Assembly (NCBI RefSeq): GCF_009914755.1
Contig: NC_060935.1
Reading direction: 5' to 3' (one strand)
Source: the human T2T-CHM13v2.0 reference genome, Homo sapiens
DNA length: 64,000 nucleotides
Below are positions 14,577 to 27,164 of the stretch, piece after piece (position 1 is the first letter of the stretch; the number at the start of each line of letters is the position of its first letter). Under the pieces are notes generated by a model. The model was not told where the DNA came from and did no database searches. It saw only the letters and a list, made by a program, of their open reading frames with translations. The translations under genes and the position numbers were made by a program.

Positions 14577-14974
14577 TTTAGAAAGAGGGGAAGGAATTTG
14601 GTGGAGAGGCTGGGCTACAACAAATAAATGAAGTCGTGGAAGACCAGTTACCTGAAGGAGGGTAAGAAGGAGAAAAGGATTAAGGAGAGGGTAGTGTCTA
14701 ATGCACGAAACAAACTTTACCTTCTTCACAAGTTTCTTCCCAGCCAGAACTTGCCAACTTTACAGTAGCAGAAGCTCTGTCCCATATATCAAGATGCTGG
14801 TTCTATCACTTTTAGTCTCAGCCACCCTCACAGAGAGTGAATTTCAGCTATCCATTACTACTTTGTGATTCTTATTTTTTGATCCCTGTTACTCTTAGAG
14901 TTTTTCTCAACCTCTCACCCAGTAGTGTTCTGCTGATTAGAGTATGAAAGGAGATGATGTTAGATAACATTTGA

Positions 14975-15150
14975 TGTTGATTGTGCTAGGCACAGTGCTG
15001 AGTACTTTACATAGATTAACTTATTCCATACTCATTCTATTAGTTTTTCCTCTTTTTAAGATGAGGAAACTGAGGTTATATATTTGTCTGTAACCCTGCT
15101 ACTAATAAATGGCAGCACCAGGATTTGGACCCAAGTTTGACCTATGAGTG
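14975..15150 (-). mobile_element. MIR SINE
   Basis: tgtgctaggcacagtgctgagtactttacat...gatgaggaaactgagg...ggatttggacccaag. Confidence 0.6.
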
Positions 15151-18100
15151 TCTGCATCTAGCTACTACTAAGCTATTTAGCCCAATAGTGGGGACCATTG
15201 ACACTTTATTTGGTACATGAGGGAAGGCCAAGATTCAATGTGAGCAGTTTGTTCCTTTCTAATATTTCCCTGCCACATGTCTTATATTGCTAATCCTGGG
15301 AGCTGCTTGGAAAGATGTGAAATCTAATTGATGGAACCCTTTACTTTGGTGCTGGAGAAGGGATATACATTTATTGAGCCTCTACTATAGGCCAGGTAAT
15401 GTTCTAGTAATAGTATTCCTTAGGATAACCATATGGGGACAGTTTTACTAGATGCATTTTGCATATTTGGAAATAGAAAAGCTCAAGATAAATAACTAGG
15501 TGTCAATCACATAATATAATAAGCATATAACCCAAACTTTGAGTCTGAAACTATCTCCAAAACCTTAGTCTAACCCACCCTCCAGGTCACCTCCATAGTG
15601 TGCTAATGACATGTACTGCCAAAGACAAGGTCACAACCACACCAGGGAGTCTTCCCAAGGGAGAGATACTACAGAAGGTTCAGGGACCATGAGAACTCTA
15701 AAATCGAGAAGAAATTTCCCAGATAATTCCATTGCTCTGAGGAATATTAATGTGGCAGGATTTCGCACATTATTTTTTTAGGTCAGAATTGAGGAACAGC
15801 TTTTTCAGACCTAATTGTACAAATTGTCACAAGAAAAGCAAACGCTATTTTAGTTGGTAGTTCAACACTTTCTGCTTGCTACGGAGACACTTTTCTCCTT
15901 GTTTCAGCTGTTTAGCTGGGCTTAGTTAGAAGTTCCTGATGTGTGGATAGCAGATTACCTCAAGCTAGAAACATAGAAGGAACCATTCAGTTGGGTGGGG
16001 AGACTGATTATCTCCATTGCCTTGGGTTTTTCTCCGGCTACCTTTTATATTAAGAGTTGGCAACAAAGCCTGGAATGGAACCTGAAGAAACCTTCCTTAG
16101 ATTCACCCTCTCCCTTCTCAGCTCACTTTACAGCCTGTCTCTATTACTCAAAGGACAGAATCCACCAACATCTGGGATTCAGTGCATAAGCAACCTTTCC
16201 CTTTCACAACAAAATGAATTTTATTTCCTTCTCTTTATTTGTAACTTTTAATTTTCATTCAGCCCATCAAATTTATTTATTGGGTACACTATCTCTGCCA
16301 GGCTGTGTAGGATACAAGGAAATAAGAGTCCTTGCCACCAGAAAGTTCTTGGCTTATTCATTTAGTCATTTTAACTTCGTTCTGAAACCACCAGAGCCCC
16401 TCACAGTGATTGGGCCTAGTCCCTGGGTATCAGAGGAAGCCTGGATGCAGACAGGAGCCCTGTAAGCAGGCTGATTTGATAACTCGCAATGGCAGCTGAA
16501 CAGTGGAAAGAACTGGAAACAGTGAACTCCCAGCATCTTGGTCCTGAAGTGACAGTGGAGCTGAGCTCCTCAGCAGCTAAGAGATGGATGGCTTTTAATT
16601 CACCCAGCCTTTGGCCAGCACTTTTTGTAATATGCCGGCATCCCTACCCTGTGTTAACCTCCTTATGCCTCATTGCTGGAAAAATTCAGCTCTTAAGTGC
16701 AGTCTATCACATTTCAACTTAGCTCTTATTTTTTCAGACTTGTTCAAATGTGTATGGCACATACACACACATCTGCAGCCCGATTGTCACCTTGACAGAG
16801 AGTTAACAAGTGATTAGTCTAGACTAGACTAAACATACTTATCTTTTACTTTTAACACATGCTATTTATTATCCATAGAGCACATCCAATTTTTGCATAC
16901 AACTGATCTTGAAAAGCATGCAGAATCCAAAACTAAACTTGCTACAAATCAATGAATGAGTCAGTAATTTAAGGTTTCTATCTAAAATTTCAGAGTAATT
17001 TCAGGATGTGAGCATCTGTTTATATGTGTAGACTTTTCATAATGAAATCTGTTGATATGGCATCTTCCTTCTAGAGAGCGCCACAACTACTTACCAACAT
17101 ATTATTTAACCTTGTATTTTTTGAGGTGGTTAAATCACAAGTATAATGCATGACATTGGTTTTATACAAGCATATCTGCTGTAGTATGCGGAGGGAAATT
17201 AAGAGATGACTATCAAAGGTCTCAGCTTTCAAGAGAGCCAGGCTGAGACTCTCAATCTCCTGGTTCTCCAACTGATATGTTCTTTGCTTCATAAACAGAA
17301 ATACAAGAGCACAACTCATTATCAAAATTAATTAAAATAAAATTGGAAGCTAGCATATGCCTCATGTCAAACTAACAAAGCAGCTTCAGGTTGTCTAGGA
17401 AGAGATGGGAAGCAAGCTAGGAAGATAGGACATATTCATGTGTAAATTTAAGTAACAGCACAAGGTAAGAGATGTGGTAAGGCAGTCAGTATATGATGTA
17501 TTGCTAGATTCCTGGTAGAGGCAATCAGGTCTGGGAGATCACAGTAGGGGAAGCTCCTGGGGGACTTGGAGTAACCTCTCAATTTCTTACCAGCCTAGGT
17601 GAAAATGCATGACAATCTCTACAGCTTTATAGTTTCACCATTATGTGATCTGAATCTGATTCTGTACCAGTCACATGAGTCAGGCTTAGAACAAGGTTTA
17701 TCTCACAGGCATAACAGTGCCAATTCTAGTGTGGTGAGAGAAAACCATGTATGGGTAAGTAGTATCGAGTTGGTAGTGAGGGAAGGTCTGTAGGGAGAGA
17801 CAGAGAAGGAAGTGTGGGAAAGGAGAGGAAAAGGAAAGATTTGTCTTCCATGTTTCATATTTGAAGCATTTGCGCTCCGTGGTTTAATCTAGATGGAAAC
17901 ATATTTTGGACCCTAGTCTTGGTTTTGCCATTTATAAAATGTGATTTTTATGTAACGATGCAGGAGTGTGAAAGCAAGAAATCTATGTCTAATTTTCTCA
18001 TTCATTCATTCATTCACTCATTCATATGCCAGAAACTGCGCTTGCATCTGTAAAATGGCAGTAATATGAATTCTTCTACCATAGGGTTGTGGTAGGAATT

Positions 18101-21100
18101 TAGCTAGAGGGTATAGGCCAAATCCTCTGAAAATGTTAAGCTTCTGTATGAACATATAACATCATTAAGCACAACAGATGTATACCATCATATAGAGAAG
18201 GTTTTAATATATTGTACTGAAAATGGGTAACATTTAGTCAAATTTTTACCTCTGTAAAAATAGTGGCTTATATCCCATGGATTCAGGACATAATGTGTAA
18301 TGTAGATTCACTGAACAATGTGAGATTTCTGAGGTTATTCTACTTTCCAGATCCTAAGCAAGGTTTGCCAGTAGTTTGTCTTTGAGTTCTCTGGTCTGTA
18401 GTGCAGCACAGTATTGCATGCTTTTTACACCAATAGAATCACTTTAAAAATTTGTAACTGAGGCAGAGTGGGGAAGGAAACACCTCCTCCTGTGTAAGAT
18501 TTTTTGTTGATCCTGGCAGGGCTTTGAGAAAGTGACATGCCCACTTTCCCTTTTTATTCCTGTGAGGAGTGGTTCAGAAACTTACTCCCCACCACTCATG
18601 AGGCAAAATTATCATGGCTTTTATGAAAGGATGTAAAGTTTTGACTTTACAAATGAGGGAACTCATTTGCTCTAATTTTCTGGATGTCCTAAAGCCCACA
18701 TGGATGAGCAAAATGTGTACTATTTGCCTCTCTACTTTGAAAGTCTGGCTTTTTAGCTCAAAAATTCTCTTGACTGAAAACTTGAACTGAAAGAAATTGG
18801 TATTACCCTGGGCAAGTCCAAGTCCTTTACTGTCTCTGGGCTTTAGCTTCCTAAGTATAAAATGTGGGGCTAGGACTAGATGACTTTTAAGTCTTCTTCC
18901 ACCTCTACCCTTCTGGGTGTACCTCCTGATTCTATCTCATCACAAGTCTTATTTCAGGGCTTGCATTCCCCTCCCCCTTTAGCACCATGGAGAGCAACTT
19001 AGCTTGTCCTTTTCAAAGTGCCACTTCTGTAGTGGACCTACAGGGGTTTGCAGTCATCTGAATTTATATGTGAGTTGGCAGTGCAACATGCTGCTGATGA
19101 GCAAAGACCAAAGCCCACTTCTCCTGGATGCTCACTCTCTCTTTTTCTTTTTTAAATCACTTGCTGGAGTAGATACTGAATATGTACTTTTGGATGCTAA
19201 TGGATGCTGGCCTTTTCTTCTCTCCACCTTGTGCTCTTTCTTCCTGAGTTCTCTGCCTCAGACATGTGACAGTGGCAGCCTGTGTGGGATGCAGGCTTTT
19301 CTGGCCATGGAGGCCTTGGTAGCTCGGTGACCTACAAGACAGAGGGCAGTGCACAGTAGCAAGCAGATGATGGATAGTTGTGCTGTGAAAGACATACATC
19401 CTCTGAATGCTGAAGTAAAAGAAGCCTTGGATGCTGCTAAGTCACAGAGATTTAAATAACAGGAAATAGAGTTAATGTTAAAGATATAGATGGCCAATAT
19501 AATACTTTCAAAATGAGATTTTCAGGCAAAATAGAGAGTGTCTGCTTAATTGCTAAGGCAGCCTGACCATTACAGTGTTGGATATCTCATTCTGACTTAG
19601 CCCCCACATTTCTACTCATGCTATGTACCCTGTGGCGTATTCATATCAACCTCGCTAGGTGGATTCCAAGTTAACCTTGTCCTATGTTCTATTAACATCA
19701 GTAGCAGACCTATTTCTAATTTTTAAGAACCTTCAACTTTTTCTTTTTTTTTTTTTTCTGGTGGGTTTAAATATGCCTTTCGTTAACGATTGCCTCAATG
19801 GCAAAGAGAGATAGAAGGTGAAAGGATTAATTGAAATGGAAGATGAGAGAGTGATCTGCATTTTTCTCCATCCACTTGCACTCCTGGGCTTTCAAGTTTG
19901 CAAATAGAAAGAACTGGGAAAAAATACAATAGACTCTTTCCTTTATCTGATGGTTTGTTGGCTACCTGAGGCGAGGAGTGGATTAAAAAGAAAGCATTTT
20001 GTTGCATACATGAGGCCTGAGATGTGTTAGAATAGAGAGGAAAATAAGACTTCATTTCCAACTCATAGTGATTTCATCTACCTGCCTTCAGTCACATCTC
20101 ATGTTGTCATTGTATTACATGGACATGGGTCTATATAGATGAATGGAGGGGGAAAATAGGCTGCAAGAGAAAAATATATTTTCTGATAGGAAAAATATTG
20201 ATGCTTGCATCTTAATTGTTGTAATTTTACTCTATTTTTGATGGATATGCATGGTTATTTTTTAAAGAGAAAAGCAAGGAAAGAAAGTAAACCAGAACAA
20301 TACACCTGGTGAAACTCTGTTTGAAAAAAACATATACACATTCATATATTAGTTTTCTCTGTTCCTTTTATGCTTCACTTGTTGGAAAAGATCATTGGGG
20401 ATAAAAAATGCATGAGCCATGAGGACTTTTTAATTGAAAAAACAAAAACAAAAACAAAACAAAGAATTCCAAACAGTGCATTAGTTTTCCAGATAGATCA
20501 GGGATGCTGATGTCGTTGAAAAGAACGGATTTTCTATACTACTGTAACAAGATTCATCTATCTCCTTGGAAACTTTAATTAAACTAATGTTATAAATAAT
20601 AGCAGCCAGAGCTGTTGGACACAAGAAAACAGATTTATAGCTGCATCTGCTCAGCTATTCCTCTTTTAGGTGGTATATTGGGGTTAGGATGTGAGGATGA
20701 AGAGGCTTGCACGGAAAATGTTTCTGTGCACTCTTTTTCCTGCACAAACCCCAAATCTAGGTGACTTTTCTCTCCAGATTATCCTTTTTAGTTTGTTGTG
20801 AGTGTTTCTGCCAGCAAGGGTTGTAGAGTTGCAGAGCCAGCCAGCTAATGTGCCTGGACCCACACCTGAGGGTTTTCATTGGCAATTAGAGTGGAAATAA
20901 TTTCTCTTCTCTTTAAAGGGCTTGTGTAATGGTGTCTCTAACTCTCCCTCAGGAATGCCATGTCGCATCCCTACTCATTAGAGTCTATTAGTCTGAGGGT
21001 GTCACTTTTCTGACAGCAAATTTCACACATTTGAACTAACAGGCTTCAAGTTGTGGCCATCAGCTGGCTTCTTTGGGACACCTAGAATGCCTGTATTACC

Positions 21101-21487
21101 CAGAATGGAATTTTATTATCATTGGAGGTAAACAGCCCTAGGCTGTGATTAGTCCTGGTATATCCTCAGCAAAGCAGTTGACTGACTAATCCTTCAATGT
21201 ACTTTTGCTAATATCTGCTTTCCAGGTCTGATGCTGTTTTTGGCTGAAGTACAAGCAAGAAAGAGGCTGGGGAAATGCTGATTCAAATTTCTTGTATTCT
21301 TTGACATTTTAGCCTCAGAAGCATAACACCACGCTAAGGAAAATGTAGAATTTTTGCTTAATCATTAGTAAGTTGAGGTTAGTGTCTTATGTTTCTCTAG
21401 AGATGATTGATACATTCACTTGATCTTTATAGCTCTGTGAGATGGATGTGATTGCATCTTATAGATGGGAGGTTTTGAGATGCTAAG

Positions 21488-21963
21488 TGTAAGGTACATG
21501 GATGTGCTTTGGTCAAGAATAGGCTGAGGCAGACATCTGGGCCAGAGTGACTCAGTGAGTTTGGAGTACAGGTGCATAACTCCACTTGTTATATAATCAC
21601 AGCCATAACATGGGAAGGCTCATCGCTATTATTGTTTGTAAAAGGTATAACTGCCCTGCTGATGCTGTGCATACAGCATGCATCCAGAGGGAGAGAGGGA
21701 AGCTGTTGGCCGTATAAGGGAGAGCCAGCCTTGCAGGCCAGGGAATGCAGCTGTAAGCATGGGAGCGGCAGGAGCTGCAGAACCAGAGCAGGCAGCCGAG
21801 ATAAAGGCAAACAGTGTGAGAGAGCTGCTGATGAGAGAGTCGCTGAATAAAACCGTATTTCACCTGCCTATAGCCCCCCGAGTGTTCTTTCAGCCATTCA
21901 CCACCCATCCACTCACTCCCCTCGAACCTCAGCATGGGCTGCAACCTAATATCTGGCATGACA
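21488..21963 (+). mobile_element. 5' LTR of a HERV-S provirus (LTR18 family)
   Basis: Starts TGTAAGGTACATGG and ends CATGACA (TG...CA termini); AP-1 TGACTCA at 21548-21554; AATAAA at 21846-21851; followed by a tRNA-Ser PBS. Confidence 0.85.
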
Positions 21964-23815
21964 TTTGGCATAGCTGGCAGGAGAAGGTGAGTGGTTCTTC
22001 AGCCCTGAGGCTCCCAGCTCGGCTATGTGACCTCAGCATGGGCTGTGGTACCCAGTGGCAGTGGTGCTGCTTTGATGATCCCCAGTGGAAATGTGAGAGG
22101 CAGTGGGCAGGTCTCCTGTGAGTGTGGAGAAAGCACTGAAGCAGCTGGAAGGACACAGCACCAAGAAGGAACGCATCTTCACCGGCAGAGTTGGATGGGT
22201 GTTTCTGACTGCACTGTGGGAAGTACATGCTCAGTCTCTGCAGGACGCTGCCCAGGTTTAGAAGTGACAGTGCTCCTTATGCCTGGGATTGAGATGATGC
22301 AGGTGAGAGAGTCTTTCTGGCAGCCAGCAGGCAATTCAGCAGACACAAGCCCTACGGGTAGTTAGCCAGGGGTGTCCATTTAAACGTGATGTGCATGTGA
22401 CCACAGATAGTTTCAGTTAGGGCCTATAGCGGTGCGTGGAGCACTGAATACACCAGTAGGCTTTGGGTCGCAACTATGGAAGGGAGCCAAGCTCCAGTAT
22501 TCCTTGATAAAGATGCAGTTAGTAACTGCATATGCTGCCCTTCAGGCTCATAAGAACGTAACAGGACGGGCTACAGTTGTCATGTGCACAGCTTACCCAA
22601 TAGCAGGATGGGTGCATTCATGGGTAACAACCCCACAGGCTGGGACAGCACAGACATCCACTTTAGCAAAGTGGGACACCTACTTAGAGCAGTGAAGTAC
22701 TCTACAAGTCCCTTAGCAGCAGAGTTACAAGAGATATTGAAGCCTGTAGTCCTAATGCAAGATAAGGCCATGGAGCCTGAGGTACCCCTAGACCCTGAGC
22801 CATCACCGTTTAAGGAAGTGCACCCCCCTATTTCTGATGAGGCATAGTATACAGATAGGTCTAGCCAGAGCACTGCTGCTACCTGGACTGCTGTTGCAGT
22901 CCAGCCTAGTACTGACACTATAAAGTTTGATACCAAGTGTTGGCAAAGTAGCTAATGAGCTGAACTCAGGGCAATATGGATGATGATCACCAAGGAAGTA
23001 ATACCTATGGTAATCTGCACCGATAGCTGAGCAATTTATCAAGGTTTAACCTTTTGGTAAATCACCTAAGAGTTACAGAATTAGCTAGTTAGTCACCAAC
23101 CCATGTAGGACCAGGCCATATGGCTGGATCTGTGACAGGAAGGATGACCTTCTCCAACCAGGTATGAGGACAATGATGATCTGTTGTTGCCTGCTCCAAC
23201 ACCCCTGAAGGCAGAGGGAACAGAAAACCTAATCTTATCCATAAACTCTCCAAGCCGCTGTTTGCAGATGGTTGGCTATCATAGCCCCCTGGGGGTGGGG
23301 AGGGACTGCAGTATAACTTACATGGTACTCCTTGGGTATTTAATGTGTGGCCTCCACAATTAACCGTTTGTAGGGGAATGGCCAAGGAAGGGATCCTCCT
23401 CCAGGGCACATGTGTACTGTCTGTGTGGCCTATTAGAAGCTCCCCTGTGACTTTGGCACAGGTACAGGATCCAAAAGAACCATGGGGAACTGATAAGGTG
23501 TACCATTGCCCAGGGCAGAAGGCCTTGGCGGCTGCATTATTACCCAGAGATGAAAAATTAGCCTGCATTTTGCCTGAGGAACGTGATTTACCCCTGTTAG
23601 TACCTGTGCCTGCTTCGTCATTTCGGCTGTAGGTTGACATGCTCCAAAGCATTGTGGACTAGGCCCACACCTACACTGAAGTGACCAAAGTCTCAAACTG
23701 TTGGATCTGCACCACCCTTCCAACAGCAGCTGCAGACAGCTTGCCCTGGCATGCACCTCCAGCTTCCGTGAAGAACTGGACATAGCTAGAGACTTGGGGT
23801 TCCACGGACATTGGT
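21964..23815 (+). mobile_element. HERV-S/HERVL18 internal region: heavily deleted gag, pol (connection/RNase H) and env remnants; no 3' LTR
   Basis: gag-like SVEKALKQLEGHS...GRVGWVFLTAL; RNase H motifs *YTDRS (WYTDGS), QSS**AELRA and ICTDS*A; env SU NCWIC at 23696-23710. Confidence 0.82.
21966..21983 (+). other. Primer-binding site complementary to tRNA-Ser
   Basis: TGGCATAGCTGGCAGGAG matches TGGCGTAGTCGGCAGGAT (reverse complement of the tRNA-Ser 3' end) at 14/18 positions, 2 nt after the LTR end. Confidence 0.8.
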
Positions 23816-24479
23816 TAGGCCAAAATCCACCTTGTTATAAATTCCAAGTATAGCTGATCAGTTGGTCTTTAGATGCTAGAAGGCTTATGTGTGTTGTTTT
23901 TAGATTCAAAGACTCCCTCTTTCCTGGAATTTGAAGTATTGATAGGTTCATGACTTCAACACTACAGAGATACGGCCCATTGTCCTTGTAAGATTTGTAT
24001 GCCTTGTGTGGGTCTCGATGCTGATGTGTAATGGCCAGGGACATAATCTTACATCACGACTGACTGCAAATGAGCCATTCAGCCATTTCTTCAAATGTGG
24101 AGTAGACGTTACACTAGTCTCCAGTGTTACGTATGTGGTTTTACACTGCTCCAATATAAATTTTGATATTCGCTACCTCAAGGTGACAAATTCTCTGTAT
24201 TCTTTAAGGGGACTTTGCAATTGAAGGTCTCATTATAAACTACTGGTGGTGAAATCAAGGGTTGGGCAGTAGGAGACCCCCATTTAGGAGGGCATTTGTC
24301 GTTATTGCTTCTTTTATTGGCACCTAATTAGATATGTACTAGAGCCTGCAGGAACTAATAAGAGAGCACAGGAGTAATATTGAATTCTGAGTAATTTTCA
24401 TGGATGGCAATTTTTCATGGACATTAGGTTGATACATAATGACTTAACGCTGCAAACCTGGTCATCCTATTCCCTACCC

Positions 24480-24952
24480 ACTCCAACACACAATTACGCT
24501 TGTTTAATAGCCTCTGATAAGCTTTAGGATAAAGGTCACAATCCTTAATATAGCTTACAAAAATTGTGTATAGTCTAGTCCACGTTTCCTTCTGTAGTTT
24601 CTCCTTGCATTGGTTTCTGCCTTTTTCTGATTTTGAGTTCTTTAGAGGTATCATATTCACTTAAGCCACAGAACCTCTCTTCACAATGCTGTTTCTAGGA
24701 TGTCAAGTTCACTCTTATACATCCTTAATTTTCAGGCTAAAAGAAAGGGGCCTCTTGTGTTTTACACTTTTACCATAAAATAGTGTTTGCTTTTCAACAC
24801 AGTAATTTTTGATCATTTGATTGATGTCTGCCTTTCCTATGGGCTGTAAGCACCCTATGAGCTCACCATTGTTTCACAAATGCCAATCATAGAGCTGCCA
24901 CCTAATAGGTAATCAGCAAATATTTGCAAATACCTGAATGAATGAATAAATG
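24480..24952 (+). mobile_element. L2 LINE 3' fragment
   Basis: ttaggataaaggtcacaatccttaatatagc... ending aaatatttgcaaatacctgaatgaatgaat, a typical L2 (TGAA)n end. Confidence 0.5.
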
Positions 24953-26304
24953 GCAAAGCTTCTCTAGGGGTCTGGATTCCTAGCTTGTGGCCACTGATCC
25001 TCACATTCTCGATGGCTTCATTAGTGAATTGTTATTTCTTTGCCTCAGTCTCCTCATCTGTGTAGGCATCATTTCTACTCAGTCCACCTGTACAGGGGGT
25101 ATCATGAGGTTCAAATGAGGGCCTGCATGTGGATGTGTGCTGTAACTTTCAGTGTGCTTTATGAATATCAGGCACAAGGAAAGGTGAAGACGAAGTAATC
25201 CTAGCAGTTTTTGCTTTGAACTTTTGAGTATTGTTCTCTTTCTCAGGGAGGCAGTTAATTTATATAAGGCTTTTGGTGATTTCCTGGTCTGATTAACAGC
25301 ACAAGGTGAACCGTGCCTTGCTCTCAAGTTGAATTTACATGTGGCCTGTGTCAGCGGGAGCTCTGGCAGGCATGAAGGAGTGGAGGAGAAGGTGATTTAC
25401 AGATAGAGTACAAACATAAACTGATCACAGGTGGGGTGAAGGGATGTGTGCCCCTGCTGGAGAACAAACAGAGTTGGGTACTTGTGTTTTGCCTGCACAG
25501 GACATATCTCCATCTTTAAATTCTGTGGATCTGTTTCATAAAATTTGAAGCTCACAGTAAGGGCCTCATTCAAGCCCATTAGACTAACCTCTTTGGGCAG
25601 GGTTTCATGACTCCCAGGCTATATTGGTGTAGCCTTAGTGTGAAGATCAATGGATGTGTTTTTCTTTAATTTTTAAAAATTATGTAAGGTGCAAAGTATT
25701 TAAAGATATACAATACCCATTGCCCTGCCCTTAATCGTATTGCACAGAAGTGGTCATTATTAGCAGTTTTATTTCTGTTCTTCAGATATTTTCTTTGCAT
25801 ACACAAACACATTTTTTTTCTCCATAATGATATAGCATTGTACATATTATTCTTCAACTTGCGTTTTCATTTAACGGAATATCAGCCTGATTCACTATTG
25901 ATCTGCAGCGGGAACATATTCAGGAGGAATGAGGCTGCTTTGTTTCTTGCAGGGTAGCCTGGGACTGCTTTGTCCCTTGGTAGTGTGTGGAGCAGTACTC
26001 ACCTGCAAGCCTCTAGCCTCCTGCTTTGGGCTACAATACATCTCTCTTTCCTGTCACACAGCAGTGACTATAGAAACAGGGCAGGGAGCCAAGAGCCCCT
26101 GCCCTTGAATCAGCATGTCCTGTCTCAGCTGCATAGCTAGGTGAGACCACGGCAATTATCCTGCACTGAGATGGGAGTAACAAGATTGAACTGGGTTTGT
26201 GATGAGGGTCAGGTGCTCTGAGCAGGGTCATAATGCTAAATCTTATTTTGTGTGGCTGAAATGGAGCTAGTGCTGGCCAGGGTTAGACATCAGGTGAGCA
26301 CAAT

Positions 26305-26520
26305 GAGAGACAGTGTAGTTTAGTGGTTCCGAGCATGAGCTTTTGGAGTTGGGCAGAACTGAATTTCAAGTCTGGCTCTGCCACTAGATGTGCTACCCTT
26401 GCCAAGTTACTTAGCTTTTCTAAGTCTCAATCATAAGATGGGGACAGAGTACCTCCCTCAAGTGATTGTGAGAATTAAATGTGACAGTGCATTTAGATCA
26501 AATAGGACACTCCTGGTTGC
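26305..26520 (+). mobile_element. MIR SINE
   Basis: gagacagtgtagtttagtggtt...ctctgccact...ccttgccaagttactt...gagaattaaatg. Confidence 0.65.
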
Positions 26521-26853
26521 TAATAACAGTGGCTGAAACTATAAGGATATATAATGTTTACTTTAGAAGTTTAGATAAAGCCGTGCCTGGGATGAGTCAG
26601 TAGCTCAGAAGTGACATGCAGGAGGGACACCCTATGTGTCCTTTGATTCTGCCTTCCTTGGCATTGTTTCTAGATGCTTTTCTCTGGAAAATTAGCACTG
26701 TGTCTGGTAAGTAAGTGTTTAATATGTGCCATCATGATGATTCGGATGCTAAATCTGACTATGATTCTTTCTCATCTGAGAAAAGCAGAAGTGAACTGAA
26801 GGACAAAATACAGAAGCTAATACCAGTATCTGGTTATTCAAGAGTCATTTTTT

Positions 26854-27164
26854 TTTTAAGTAATTTTAGTTCTGTTTTGGCATAGCAAAATTGAACAGGA
26901 AGTACGGAGAGTTTCCATATACCCCGTCACTACACACGCACAAGCTTCCCTTTCTGTCAACATCAAAGCACAAGAGTGGTACTTTGTTACAACTGATGAA
27001 TCTACTATGACACATTATTACCACCCAAAGTCCATAATTTACATTAGGGTTCATTCTTGGTATTGTACATTTGTGGGTTTTAACAAAGGTATCGTGTCAT
27101 CTATACAGCATCATAGTAACGTACAGAATAGTTTCACTGCCCTAAAAATCTTTTGAGCTGCTGC
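26854..27164 (-). mobile_element. Old L1M (L1MC/MB-type) 3' end fragment; candidate SVA 3' transduction
   Basis: gagtggtactttgttacaactgatgaa...cccaaagtccataatttacattagggttcattctt...gaatagtttcactgccctaaaaatc; lies between the SVA poly(A) and the left TSD. Confidence 0.7.
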
